From contig JAEHCK010000003.1 of the NCBI GenBank assembly GCA_020696345.1, positions 10,270-74,269 on the forward strand: a DNA stretch of 64,000 nucleotides. Reading direction: 5' to 3'. The position numbers were made by a program, and so were the translations under genes. Source of the stretch: Thermoplasmata archaeon (GTDB taxonomy: Archaea > Thermoplasmatota > Penumbrarchaeia > JAEHCK01). This document shows, one piece after another, positions 53,757-64,000 of the stretch. The first letter of the stretch is position 1; the number at the start of each line of letters is the position of its first letter. The notes beneath the pieces were generated by a model. It was not told where the DNA came from. It did not search any database and saw nothing but the letters and a program-made list of their open reading frames with translations.

Positions 53757-54887
53757 ATGAAATCGATCGTAAGAGAGGTTCTTTCACGGGAAAGTGGCAC
53801 AGATGCCTCCGGAATTAGAGGAATTGAAGATCCAAGAAATGTAAAATTAAAAAGTGCGAATCAAGAGGATGAGGAATTAAAGCGCGTATTAGCTGGGCTG
53901 AAAACCAACATTAAGATTTGTGGCTGCGGTGGTGCAGGATGTAATACCATAAATCGTATTGTTGAAGAAGGCATAGCTGGTGCAGATATGTATGCATTAA
54001 ATAGTGATGCACAGCATTTATTGTCAATTCATTCACCTCATAAGATCCTACTTGGCCGCCGAGCCACTCGTGGACTTGGTGCGGGTTCGATACCGCAGGT
54101 CGGTGAGGAAGCCGCAATTGAAGCCGAGGAAGAGATTAGAGCTGCACTGCAAGGAGCAGACATTGTTTTTGTTACATGTGGATTAGGTGGAGGTACAGGT
54201 ACCGGCAGTGGACCCGTGATCGCCAGGATCGCCCGTGAAATGGGTGCTCTATCAATTGCAATTGTAACAAAGCCATTCGAAGCAGAGGGTATTGTACGGA
54301 TGCAGAATGCCGAGTATGGATTGGACAGATTAATCGATGTTGTAGATACAGTGATCGTTGTCCCGAACGATAAATTATTAGAGATCGTACCGAGACTTGC
54401 ACTCAACGCTGCATTTAAGGTCGCTGATGAAATACTAATGAGGTCGATTAAAGGTATAATTGAAATTATTACAAAAGTAGGATTAGTTAATTTGGATTTT
54501 GCCGATTTGAAGACCATCATGAAAGGCGGTGGTGTAGCTATGATCGGGCTTGGTGAAGCTGATGCAGAGGACCGGGCAATCGAAGCTGTTAACGAGGCTT
54601 TGAACTCGCCATTATTAGAAGTAGATGTAAGCGAGGCGACTGGTGCACTGGTCAATGTAAGCGGTGGCGAGGATATGACGGTCACGGAGGCCGAGAAGGT
54701 CGCATCCGAGATACACAGCAGGATCAACCCACAGGCAAAGATCATCTGGGGTGCCCAAATCGACCCGTCGCTCGAGCATACTATTCGTGTCATGTTGGTC
54801 GTTACAGGCGTAAAATCGAAACAGATATTTGGTCCCTCGGAAGGACGTAGAGTGGAAAGCAGTTTTGGCATAGATTTTATCCGATAG
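53757..54887 (+). CDS. ftsZ: Cell division protein FtsZ
   Basis: It has the tubulin signature GLGGGTGTGSGPVIA, NTDAQ-like LNSDAQHL and a T7 loop region. GGAGGA lies 7 nt upstream of ATG 53757, whereas the ORF track uses GTG 53742. Confidence 0.95.
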   Translation: MKSIVREVLSRESGTDASGIRGIEDPRNVKLKSANQEDEELKRVLAGLKTNIKICGCGGAGCNTINRIVEEGIAGADMYALNSDAQHLLSIHSPHKILLGRRATRGLGAGSIPQVGEEAAIEAEEEIRAALQGADIVFVTCGLGGGTGTGSGPVIARIAREMGALSIAIVTKPFEAEGIVRMQNAEYGLDRLIDVVDTVIVVPNDKLLEIVPRLALNAAFKVADEILMRSIKGIIEIITKVGLVNLDFADLKTIMKGGGVAMIGLGEADAEDRAIEAVNEALNSPLLEVDVSEATGALVNVSGGEDMTVTEAEKVASEIHSRINPQAKIIWGAQIDPSLEHTIRVMLVVTGVKSKQIFGPSEGRRVESSFGIDFIR

Positions 54888-55073
54888 ATCAAAGAGCCTT
54901 TAACACTCTTACCCAAAAAATAAATAATAAAATTCATAACCTCTATAATTTATATTATATTAATATTGCTAAATAACGCATTGGAGATAAAAATAAATAG
55001 TATAAAGAATAATCATGGAAACCTTCTAACGAACTGATCAGAGAGTAAAATTTGAGATTACAGGTGATATTAA

Positions 55074-55313
55074 GTGGATGTTGTAAAAGGTTCATGGTCG
55101 ATTCAACATAAGGTCGAAGAAAAAGTTAGACGGATAGGTAAAGGTAAATACGGCCGTGTACTTAAAATGGCACGTAAACCAGATAGTGAAGAGTTTATGA
55201 AGATAGTTCAGGTTACGGGTATTGGAATGATATTGATCGGGGCATTAGGGTTTCTTATATATTTACTCTGGAATTATCTGCCACCAATATTATATGACTT
55301 CCTGTTTAAATAA
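55074..55313 (+). CDS. secE: Protein translocase subunit SecE / Sec61-gamma
   Basis: KMARKPDSEEFMKIVQVTGIGMILIGALGFLIYLL is a tail-anchored single TM. The gene sits immediately upstream of spt5/nusG and rpl11, the conserved gene order. It has a GTG start with AGGTGA 6 nt upstream. Confidence 0.85.
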   Translation: MDVVKGSWSIQHKVEEKVRRIGKGKYGRVLKMARKPDSEEFMKIVQVTGIGMILIGALGFLIYLLWNYLPPILYDFLFK

Positions 55314-55496
55314 TGATATCATATTGTCTCTTTTTATAACTTTATGAAAAAATAATCGGTTTTATATTGCTTATCAACATAAAATGTTATAAAGTATGAT
55401 TGAATTATGGTTTTTACAAAACCAAAATAAATTCCCTACCAGTTTGTTTTGGGGGTTTATTTAGGTATTGATCAAATCTGCCTATTAGGTGACAAT

Positions 55497-56264
55497 ATGG
55501 CTGAATCGGACGATTCAAATAACCAAAAAAGAATATCTAAACATGAGAATGAGGAATCACCAGTTGACACCTCGACAACCACAACCCAAGAAGGAGATCA
55601 AAAAATGGAACAAGGGCCAGAAACTGACACAAAAGTTGAAACTGATCAAACAGTTGAAAAAACCACCGAGCCCGCAATAGATGCTGGTGCTTCTGGTACT
55701 TCCGATAGTAGCTTTTTGGAATTGGACCCGGAAACCGAACGACGTATGAAAAAGATTGCAGAACAAGATGCACGTGAAGCTGAGGCCGAAGAAGAGTTGA
55801 AATCTAAAGAAGTTGGAATATTTGCAGTTAAAACATCAATAGGTCATGAAAAGATGGTGGCTAATTGGCTGCAAATGCGGGCTCATAAACGTAAATTAGA
55901 GATATATGCCATACTTTCCCCTCCAAAGTTACGTGGATATTTATTATTGGAGGGTGTGGATAATAGAGAGGCACTGCAGGATCTCATTAAGGGTGTACAA
56001 CATGCAAGAAGTGTGGTTGATGGAGTATCCTCAATAGAAGAGATCGAACATTTCTTAACACCAAAGCCGTTAGTCTCTGGAATAGAAGAGGGCGATGTAG
56101 TCGAGATCATTGCCGGACCATTCAAGGGTGAAAAAGCCAAAGTTACCCAGATCGATGAGGGCAAAGAAGAAATCACGGTTGAACTGTTCGAAGCTATGGT
56201 ATCAATTCCAGTAACTATCCGTGGTGATCATGTGCGGATTCTAGAAAAGGAGCGCAGATCGTAA
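55497..56264 (+). CDS. spt5: Transcription elongation factor Spt5 (NusG) with a ~115-aa acidic N-terminal extension
   Basis: The NGN domain begins at GIFAVKTSIGHEKMVANWL. The KOW motif is GDVVEIIAGPFKGEKAKV. The preceding ~115 residues are D/E/T-rich low complexity. An AGGTGA Shine-Dalgarno sequence precedes ATG 55497. Confidence 0.9.
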   Translation: MAESDDSNNQKRISKHENEESPVDTSTTTTQEGDQKMEQGPETDTKVETDQTVEKTTEPAIDAGASGTSDSSFLELDPETERRMKKIAEQDAREAEAEEELKSKEVGIFAVKTSIGHEKMVANWLQMRAHKRKLEIYAILSPPKLRGYLLLEGVDNREALQDLIKGVQHARSVVDGVSSIEEIEHFLTPKPLVSGIEEGDVVEIIAGPFKGEKAKVTQIDEGKEEITVELFEAMVSIPVTIRGDHVRILEKERRS

Positions 56265-56292
56265 ATAGAGTAATAATAATGGAGGTAACAAC

Positions 56293-56760
56293 TTGGTTGA
56301 AACAATTGAAGCATTGGTTGATGGTGGCATGGCTACTGGCGGACCGCCGTTGGGGCCCGCACTAGGTCCTATGGGCATTAATATCAAGGACGTTATCGAT
56401 AAGATCAACGAACAGACTAAAGTATTTGAAGGTATGAAAGTTCCGGTAAAAGTGCATATAAATACAACCGACAAGACATTCGACATCGAGGTGGGCACTC
56501 CACCTACATCTTCATTGATCAAAAAAGAATTAAATATTGAAAAGGGATCATCATCTTCAAAAACAGAAAAGGTTGGCGATCTTACCATGGATCAGGTCAA
56601 ACGAATTGTGGAGATGAAGGGCGATAATATACTCGGCAATACGATTGAAAATGCAGTGAAAGAGATATTAGGTACCTGCGTTTCTATGGGCGTTACCGTT
56701 GAGGGTGAAAATCCACAAGATCTTCAAAGAATGATCGATGAAGGTAAAATTAATTTATAA
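56293..56760 (+). CDS. rpl11: 50S ribosomal protein uL11
   Basis: VDGGMATGGPPLGPALGPMGINI is the classic uL11 N-terminal motif. It has a TTG start with GGAGGT 6 nt upstream. Confidence 0.95.
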   Translation: MVETIEALVDGGMATGGPPLGPALGPMGINIKDVIDKINEQTKVFEGMKVPVKVHINTTDKTFDIEVGTPPTSSLIKKELNIEKGSSSSKTEKVGDLTMDQVKRIVEMKGDNILGNTIENAVKEILGTCVSMGVTVEGENPQDLQRMIDEGKINL

Positions 56761-56912
56761 AAATGATCTTTTTACAATAATTCAACTCACATATTAAAAT
56801 ACAGCATTTGAGCGTTGGGTCTTAATTATTTTGTTTTCAATTCAAAGGATTATCCCAAAATCTTTATATAAATGGATTGCGATGTTATAAGAGAAGAGAA
56901 TATAGAGAGGTA

Positions 56913-57386
56913 ATGGTGAAAAATATGACAAATAAGAAAGTAAAAAAGAAAAAAGCCGTTGTTAAACCCTCATCCAAGGGGAAAAAAGAGCTGCGTGTAT
57001 CTGATTTAGAGATAACAGATGAATTTAAAACAATTTCAAGTGGAGAAGATGGTCGAGCCGCTGCTGAGATGTTAATGAAGATCCCTCATGGGATAGTCTT
57101 AGTGGTTGGAACCGAGAATAAACCGGAAGGTGTAATTACAGCCAGAGAATTTCTTACTAAGATAATCGATGGTGTGAATCCGGTCGATCTAAATGTTGGA
57201 GCGATTATGAACAAGGATATAATGGAAATTAAATATAATGCTCTATTAGATCTCATAGTTCCGAAAGTGACAGAAAAAGACCCTTATGCCGTGATCGTTA
57301 CAGATAATAGTGGGTCGTTCAAAGGTTACTTTTCACCCAAGGACTACCAAGAAGCACTGACACGGATCAATTACTTAACAAAATAA
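56913..57386 (+). CDS. CBS-domain pair protein with a Lys-rich N-terminus
   Basis: Two CBS-like units are present (GVITAREFLTKII...; AVIVTDNSGSFKGYFSPKDYQEAL). The ORF track start is TTG 56877, and ATG 56913 is preceded by GAGAGG. Confidence 0.7.
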   Translation: MVKNMTNKKVKKKKAVVKPSSKGKKELRVSDLEITDEFKTISSGEDGRAAAEMLMKIPHGIVLVVGTENKPEGVITAREFLTKIIDGVNPVDLNVGAIMNKDIMEIKYNALLDLIVPKVTEKDPYAVIVTDNSGSFKGYFSPKDYQEALTRINYLTK

Positions 57387-57458
57387 TTTTGTAACCAACA
57401 ATAACTAATATCATTATTCTGATATTTTTTCCTAAATCGAGAGTGTAAAACTTATTAC

Positions 57459-58655
57459 TTAAGCAAACATCGCACCCGTTTCTTTAATGTGGCTTATGTT
57501 TTCACTTTTTTTCACTTTCACGATAGCTTGGTCGAAATTATTTTTTGATACTGAGAATTGATTTTCACGGATCGCAAACATACCTGCTTCGGTACAAATT
57601 GCTTTTAGATCTGCACCAGATAGGCCTTCGGTCTTTTGTGCGAGTTCTTCGATCTCCACATCCTTGAGAAGGTTCATACGGCGTAAATGTATATTTAAAA
57701 TTTCAAGTCGACCTTCATATGATGGCAGCGGCACTTCAATGATCCTGTCAAATCGACCGGGACGCAATAGTGCCTTATCGAGTATATCTGGTCTATTAGA
57801 AGCGCCAATTATACGGACATCTTTCAACACATCAAATCCATCAAGCTCTGCCAATAGCTGCATCAATGTTCGTTGGACCTCACGATCTGCCGAGGTACCC
57901 GAGTCTAGACGTTTTGCACCAATTGCATCTAACTCATCAATGAAGATAATGCTTGGTGCTTTATCCTTTGCCAGTGCGAATAATTCACGTACGAGTCTTC
58001 CACCTTCACCAATGTATTTCTGAACCAATTCTGAACCTACTAGTCGAATGAACACCGCTTTTGTCTCGTGTGCAACTGCCTGGGCCAGGAGCGTTTTGCC
58101 CGTACCTGGTAGACCTATCAATAATACGCCAGTAGGTGGATCAATACCCACTTTTCGAAATAGCTCGGGTTTGGTTAATGGTAATTCTACTGCCTCTTTT
58201 ATCTCGTTGATCTGGATTTCCAACCCACCAATGTCCTTATAAGTGATCTGTGGTTTTTCTATTATTTCTGCTTCACTTATGATCGGGTCCTTTGATGGAC
58301 CTAAAATACCAATTACTGATAATGAATCACGATTTAACGAAACACGTGTCCCGATCAAGATTTTGGACCTATCTACAAAATTTGCAACTTGTACAACAAA
58401 ATTTGGACCGGTGGTACTTTTTACCACAACACGGTCATCACTCATGATGTCTATGACCTCGCCAATAATCAGAGGTGGTGATTTCAATTTCTTTAATTCT
58501 GAATAAAGCTGCTGGACCTCTTTTTGTAATTTGATCAGTTCATTCTCCATATATCTTCGTTCACTCTCTGCCCTAATTGCTATTTCTTTCCATGGATTGT
58601 AAGGTGTTTTTGTTTTTGCATCTTTTTTTTCAGCATTATCAGTGTTCTTTGACAT
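57459..58655 (-). CDS. pan: Proteasome-activating nucleotidase (PAN), AAA+ ATPase
   Basis: It has an N-terminal coiled coil, an OB region, Walker A GLPGTGKTLLA, Walker B IIFIDELDA and the second region of homology, at the typical length of 398 aa. The C-terminus is ...GAMFA. Confidence 0.95.
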   Translation of the reverse strand: MSKNTDNAEKKDAKTKTPYNPWKEIAIRAESERRYMENELIKLQKEVQQLYSELKKLKSPPLIIGEVIDIMSDDRVVVKSTTGPNFVVQVANFVDRSKILIGTRVSLNRDSLSVIGILGPSKDPIISEAEIIEKPQITYKDIGGLEIQINEIKEAVELPLTKPELFRKVGIDPPTGVLLIGLPGTGKTLLAQAVAHETKAVFIRLVGSELVQKYIGEGGRLVRELFALAKDKAPSIIFIDELDAIGAKRLDSGTSADREVQRTLMQLLAELDGFDVLKDVRIIGASNRPDILDKALLRPGRFDRIIEVPLPSYEGRLEILNIHLRRMNLLKDVEIEELAQKTEGLSGADLKAICTEAGMFAIRENQFSVSKNNFDQAIVKVKKSENISHIKETGAMFA

Positions 58656-59101
58656 TCGAATTCCAACTGGTTCTAGATATAATTATCTTTACCTAAACAG
58701 TACGTTATACTTATCTCGTGATTCATATTTAGAGTTTACTGTAACCATATCAATTGATGTTTAAACAAAAATTTCAAATACTTTGAGTATATATATGCAT
58801 TTACCATAAGAATATCATATAAGAGAACTCTATATGGTAAATCTTGTGTTGCTTTTTGCTTCACAGATTGTCTGTAGTGCACTCAATAATTTTTAGATTA
58901 TTGGGGAAGAGATATAGGTCGAGTCAATACAATATCGACCATGATCAGGGGTTATCAGTTGGAATCCCCAAGTAAGTTTCTTTAACTCATGAAAACTTAC
59001 AGATTCTTCTATCCGATAAGATAGAGTAATCTATCTATAATAGGATTGAAAATATTATGTAGATCATGTCGATTAATATTGACTTGCCAATGATTATCTA
59101 A

Positions 59102-59137
59102 CCATATGCAATCTGGACGCCTGTAGAGTCAAATACT
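59102..59137 (+). other. 5' strand of the 23S pre-rRNA processing stem (bulge-helix-bulge-like)
   Basis: CCATATGCAATCTG (59102-59115) pairs with CAGATTGCGTATGG (62136-62149). GTAGAGTCAAATACT (59123-59137) pairs with AGTATTGACTCTAC (62115-62128). The unpaired 7-nt segments between these helices form an internal loop. Confidence 0.7.
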
Positions 59138-62114
<2,977 letters not shown>

Positions 62115-62149
62115 AGTATTGACTCTACCGTTTGACAGATTGCGTATGG
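62115..62149 (+). other. 3' strand of the 23S pre-rRNA processing stem
   Basis: It is complementary to 59102-59137, as described for the 5' strand. Confidence 0.7.
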
Positions 62150-62189
62150 ATTTCTATATCTTATTTGCAAATAATTGATACTCAGCGTT

Positions 62190-62700
62190 AGCTATCGTTC
62201 GAAATCCGATCGCTTCGATGTGAAAATAAATTAAAACGCTTGGGGAAGGGGGATCATTACAATGAATTATTGTTGGAAAACATTTGGTGAGGGGGGATAT
62301 AATTAATATTTATGATTAGGTTATTTGAAAAGGTAAATTGAAAAATGCAAAAGTCAAAATTGTGATTATATTTTGGTATTGGGATTTTACCCACAACCCT
62401 CATATGCGCTAACTTAAGTTTTTCTGGTTCTTCCCATGATTTAGGTAGAAAGTAAAATATTAGACAGAGGGAGGAGGAAAGTGGAAAGAGGGTTGATAAT
62501 TTGACGATAAGACCCTATTTCCTCTAACGATTCATATCACCAATTCTACATAGTGTCCTCTGCCCTCTTTCCTGTTTGGGATTTTACCCACCACCCCTCC
62601 CCCAACGATCGTAAACAATAATTCATTGAAGTGATCTCCCAACGATTCCAAGCGATCATTACTTACAGTGGTCACCCCTCCCCAAACGATCTTGTTTTTT
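62190..62700. repeat. ~500-bp composite of nested inverted repeats (G-rich left half, C-rich right half) downstream of the 23S rRNA
   Basis: GGGGAAGGGGGATCATTACAATGAATTATTGTTGG (62242-62276) pairs with CCCAACGATCGTAAACAATAATTCATTGAAGTGATCTCCC (62601-62640). GAGGGAGGAGGAAAGTGGAAAGAGGG (62468-62493) pairs with TCCTCTGCCCTCTTTCC (62556-62572). TTGGGATTTTACCCAC occurs as a direct repeat at 62379 and 62576. Confidence 0.65.
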
Positions 62701-62763
62701 AAATAATCATAGTGGTCGGCCGAAGGCTTGGCCGAAGGCCTAACGGTCGGTCGATTGTATTTA

Positions 62764-64000
62764 TCAATCAAGCGAAGACACCTTGGTGATTTTTAGAAGA
62801 ATGAGTGCCAACCCTGCCGCAATGAATGTAAATATCATCGCCAATTGAAATACAGTCTCATAAGATACGAATGATAACAGAAATCCGCCGCTGATCGAGC
62901 CGATAACGATCCCGATGCCTAATGCAAGTCTGATAGATGTTATCCCACGGACACGTTCGTTTCTGGGTGTCAGGTCCGCCACAAACATTTTAAAACCGAT
63001 CCATAGAAACGGCCAGACCGGGAAAATAAATACGATCATGATCATAACATTGCTTGTGAACAATGGAATCGTCAGATTGAAGATACCCCAGAGGCCTATA
63101 TATGCGAAGATTGCACCAATGTATACTTTTCTCGCAGTATATCTATCACAACACCAGCCCGCTAGCATTTGATTGATCGGTAAGAATAATGCTACACCAA
63201 ATACGGTATAAACGATCCCTAATGTGGTTGCCGACTCGCCCCTGGCTTCGCTTAAGAATACCATAATAAATGGTACGATCATGCCATAGGCGATTAAAGT
63301 GAAAAGTGTAGTGTAGAATAAAAAGAGCATTTGTTTTCTATTTTTGAACCCGAAAAGGTATTCGTCGATCATCTTGAGACTAAGGTTGGCCAAAACATTT
63401 CCAAACCAAGCACTCATTTTACCGCCGAGTTGAGCCACACCCTTCACCATATTTCGAAGCCAAGCATTCACACTTATTTCCTCTTCGACAACACCAACAT
63501 CCTTAAGCCTGAACATAACGAAAAATGACAATAACATTGCGAACCCGGCCAACAGGAAACAGAACCAGAAGCCCACTACATCGAATAGTAATCCGCTTAG
63601 GACCCCGCCAACCAGACCACCGATATTTCCTACCGCTTTCATCAAACCAAACGCCTTTCCCCTGTAGTTCTCAGGGAAATATTCGGTAACCAGTACAAGC
63701 TCCAGATTCTCGGAGCCGTAATAACACAGGACAAAAATGGTGAATAATATGATAATGATAAGTAGAATATATGGATTTGTGGCTAATAATGCTGATAGCC
63801 AGGCCATAATGAATAATATTACTGCACCAATTAGTACTAGTGATAGCAGCATATTTTTCCTTTTACCCCGCACATCCGACCCTTTTGCCAAGATTAAGAA
63901 CAGTAGTATGGGTACGATTTGATATGCCCCGTAATTTACCCCTACGAGAAAATCACCCCATCCTGTCCAGGCTGCCTGAAAAATGAATAATGAAATCACA
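62764..64000 (-). CDS. Major facilitator superfamily (MFS) transporter; the N-terminus lies beyond the window end
   Basis: The ~411 aa in the window are almost entirely hydrophobic helices. MFS loop motifs are GSDVRGKRK and DRYTARKVY (D-R-x-x-R-K-like). The ORF is open to the window edge. Confidence 0.8.
   Translation of the reverse strand, partial: VISLFIFQAAWTGWGDFLVGVNYGAYQIVPILLFLILAKGSDVRGKRKNMLLSLVLIGAVILFIMAWLSALLATNPYILLIIIILFTIFVLCYYGSENLELVLVTEYFPENYRGKAFGLMKAVGNIGGLVGGVLSGLLFDVVGFWFCFLLAGFAMLLSFFVMFRLKDVGVVEEEISVNAWLRNMVKGVAQLGGKMSAWFGNVLANLSLKMIDEYLFGFKNRKQMLFLFYTTLFTLIAYGMIVPFIMVFLSEARGESATTLGIVYTVFGVALFLPINQMLAGWCCDRYTARKVYIGAIFAYIGLWGIFNLTIPLFTSNVMIMIVFIFPVWPFLWIGFKMFVADLTPRNERVRGITSIRLALGIGIVIGSISGGFLLSFVSYETVFQLAMIFTFIAAGLALILLKITKVSSLD

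Noticed and set aside
54038-54937. A 299-aa minus-strand ORF.
   Set aside because: It is antisense to ftsZ, is Ser/Ala/Thr/Pro-rich low complexity, and has no motif. The sense strand encodes a textbook FtsZ.
58901-58971. A 71-nt segment closed by a perfect 7-bp stem (TTGGGGA...TCCCCAA) with an internal 6-bp hairpin, which is tRNA-like in size.
   Set aside because: It has no T-loop (GTTCRAAT), no D-loop GG and no cloverleaf spacing. It contains the ATCAGGGGTT word, so it is more likely another member of the intergenic repeat family.
62193-62222. A T-arm-like sequence (GATCG-TTCGAAATC-CGATC) just after the 23S gene, which could suggest a tRNA or 5S gene.
   Set aside because: The loop is too long, no acceptor or anticodon arms can be drawn, and the segment pairs with the C-rich half of the 62.2-62.7 kb inverted-repeat composite.
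62532-62771. A 79-aa minus-strand ORF.
   Set aside because: It is encoded entirely by the C-rich repeat arm and the GC-rich tandem GGCCGAAGG, and it overlaps the MFS gene stop. It is likely spurious.

Overview
This is a moderately AT-rich archaeal chromosomal segment. The archaeal call rests on PAN, a SecE(Sec61-gamma)-Spt5/NusG-uL11 cluster, FtsZ, a PAC2/Pba-type proteasome chaperone, and a stand-alone 23S rRNA gene whose flanks pair into a bulge-helix-bulge-like processing stem. The lineage cannot be fixed from this window. Many genes have GGAGG-type Shine-Dalgarno sequences, and GTG/TTG starts are used. About half of the window encodes cell-envelope proteins. These include a polytopic beta-helix protein of at least 1,661 aa that runs off the left edge and is missing from the ORF track because it has no stop in the window. 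There are also two tandem MacB/FtsX-type ABC exporters and three giant single-pass surface proteins of 2,025, 2,195 and 1,655 aa. Two of the giants carry MJ0042-like zinc ribbons on their cytoplasmic tails. Between the giant genes lies a hexose-phosphate cluster: a Gfo/Idh/MocA oxidoreductase, a type I phosphomannose isomerase and two alpha-D-phosphohexomutases, one of them AGM1/PGM3-like. This cluster contains a 1,140-aa cytoplasmic orphan protein translationally coupled to one mutase, and a GxxExxY (PDDEXK_3) mini-cassette bracketed by direct repeats. The most unusual non-coding signal is in the intergenic regions. Many of them are built from short degenerate 'words' (ATCAGGGGTTAC/GGGGTCACAATT, GGGATGTG, AACGAAT, TTGGAACTTGG, GAGTCGA, and a 27-nt unit) iterated in tandem and paired with their inverted complement. 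These form 140-500 bp imperfect hairpins or bracket single genes, and several words recur exactly in distant spacers. No CRISPR array, tRNA, transposase, integrase or recognisable defence gene was seen. All functional calls come from motif recognition by eye and need database or structure searches to confirm.
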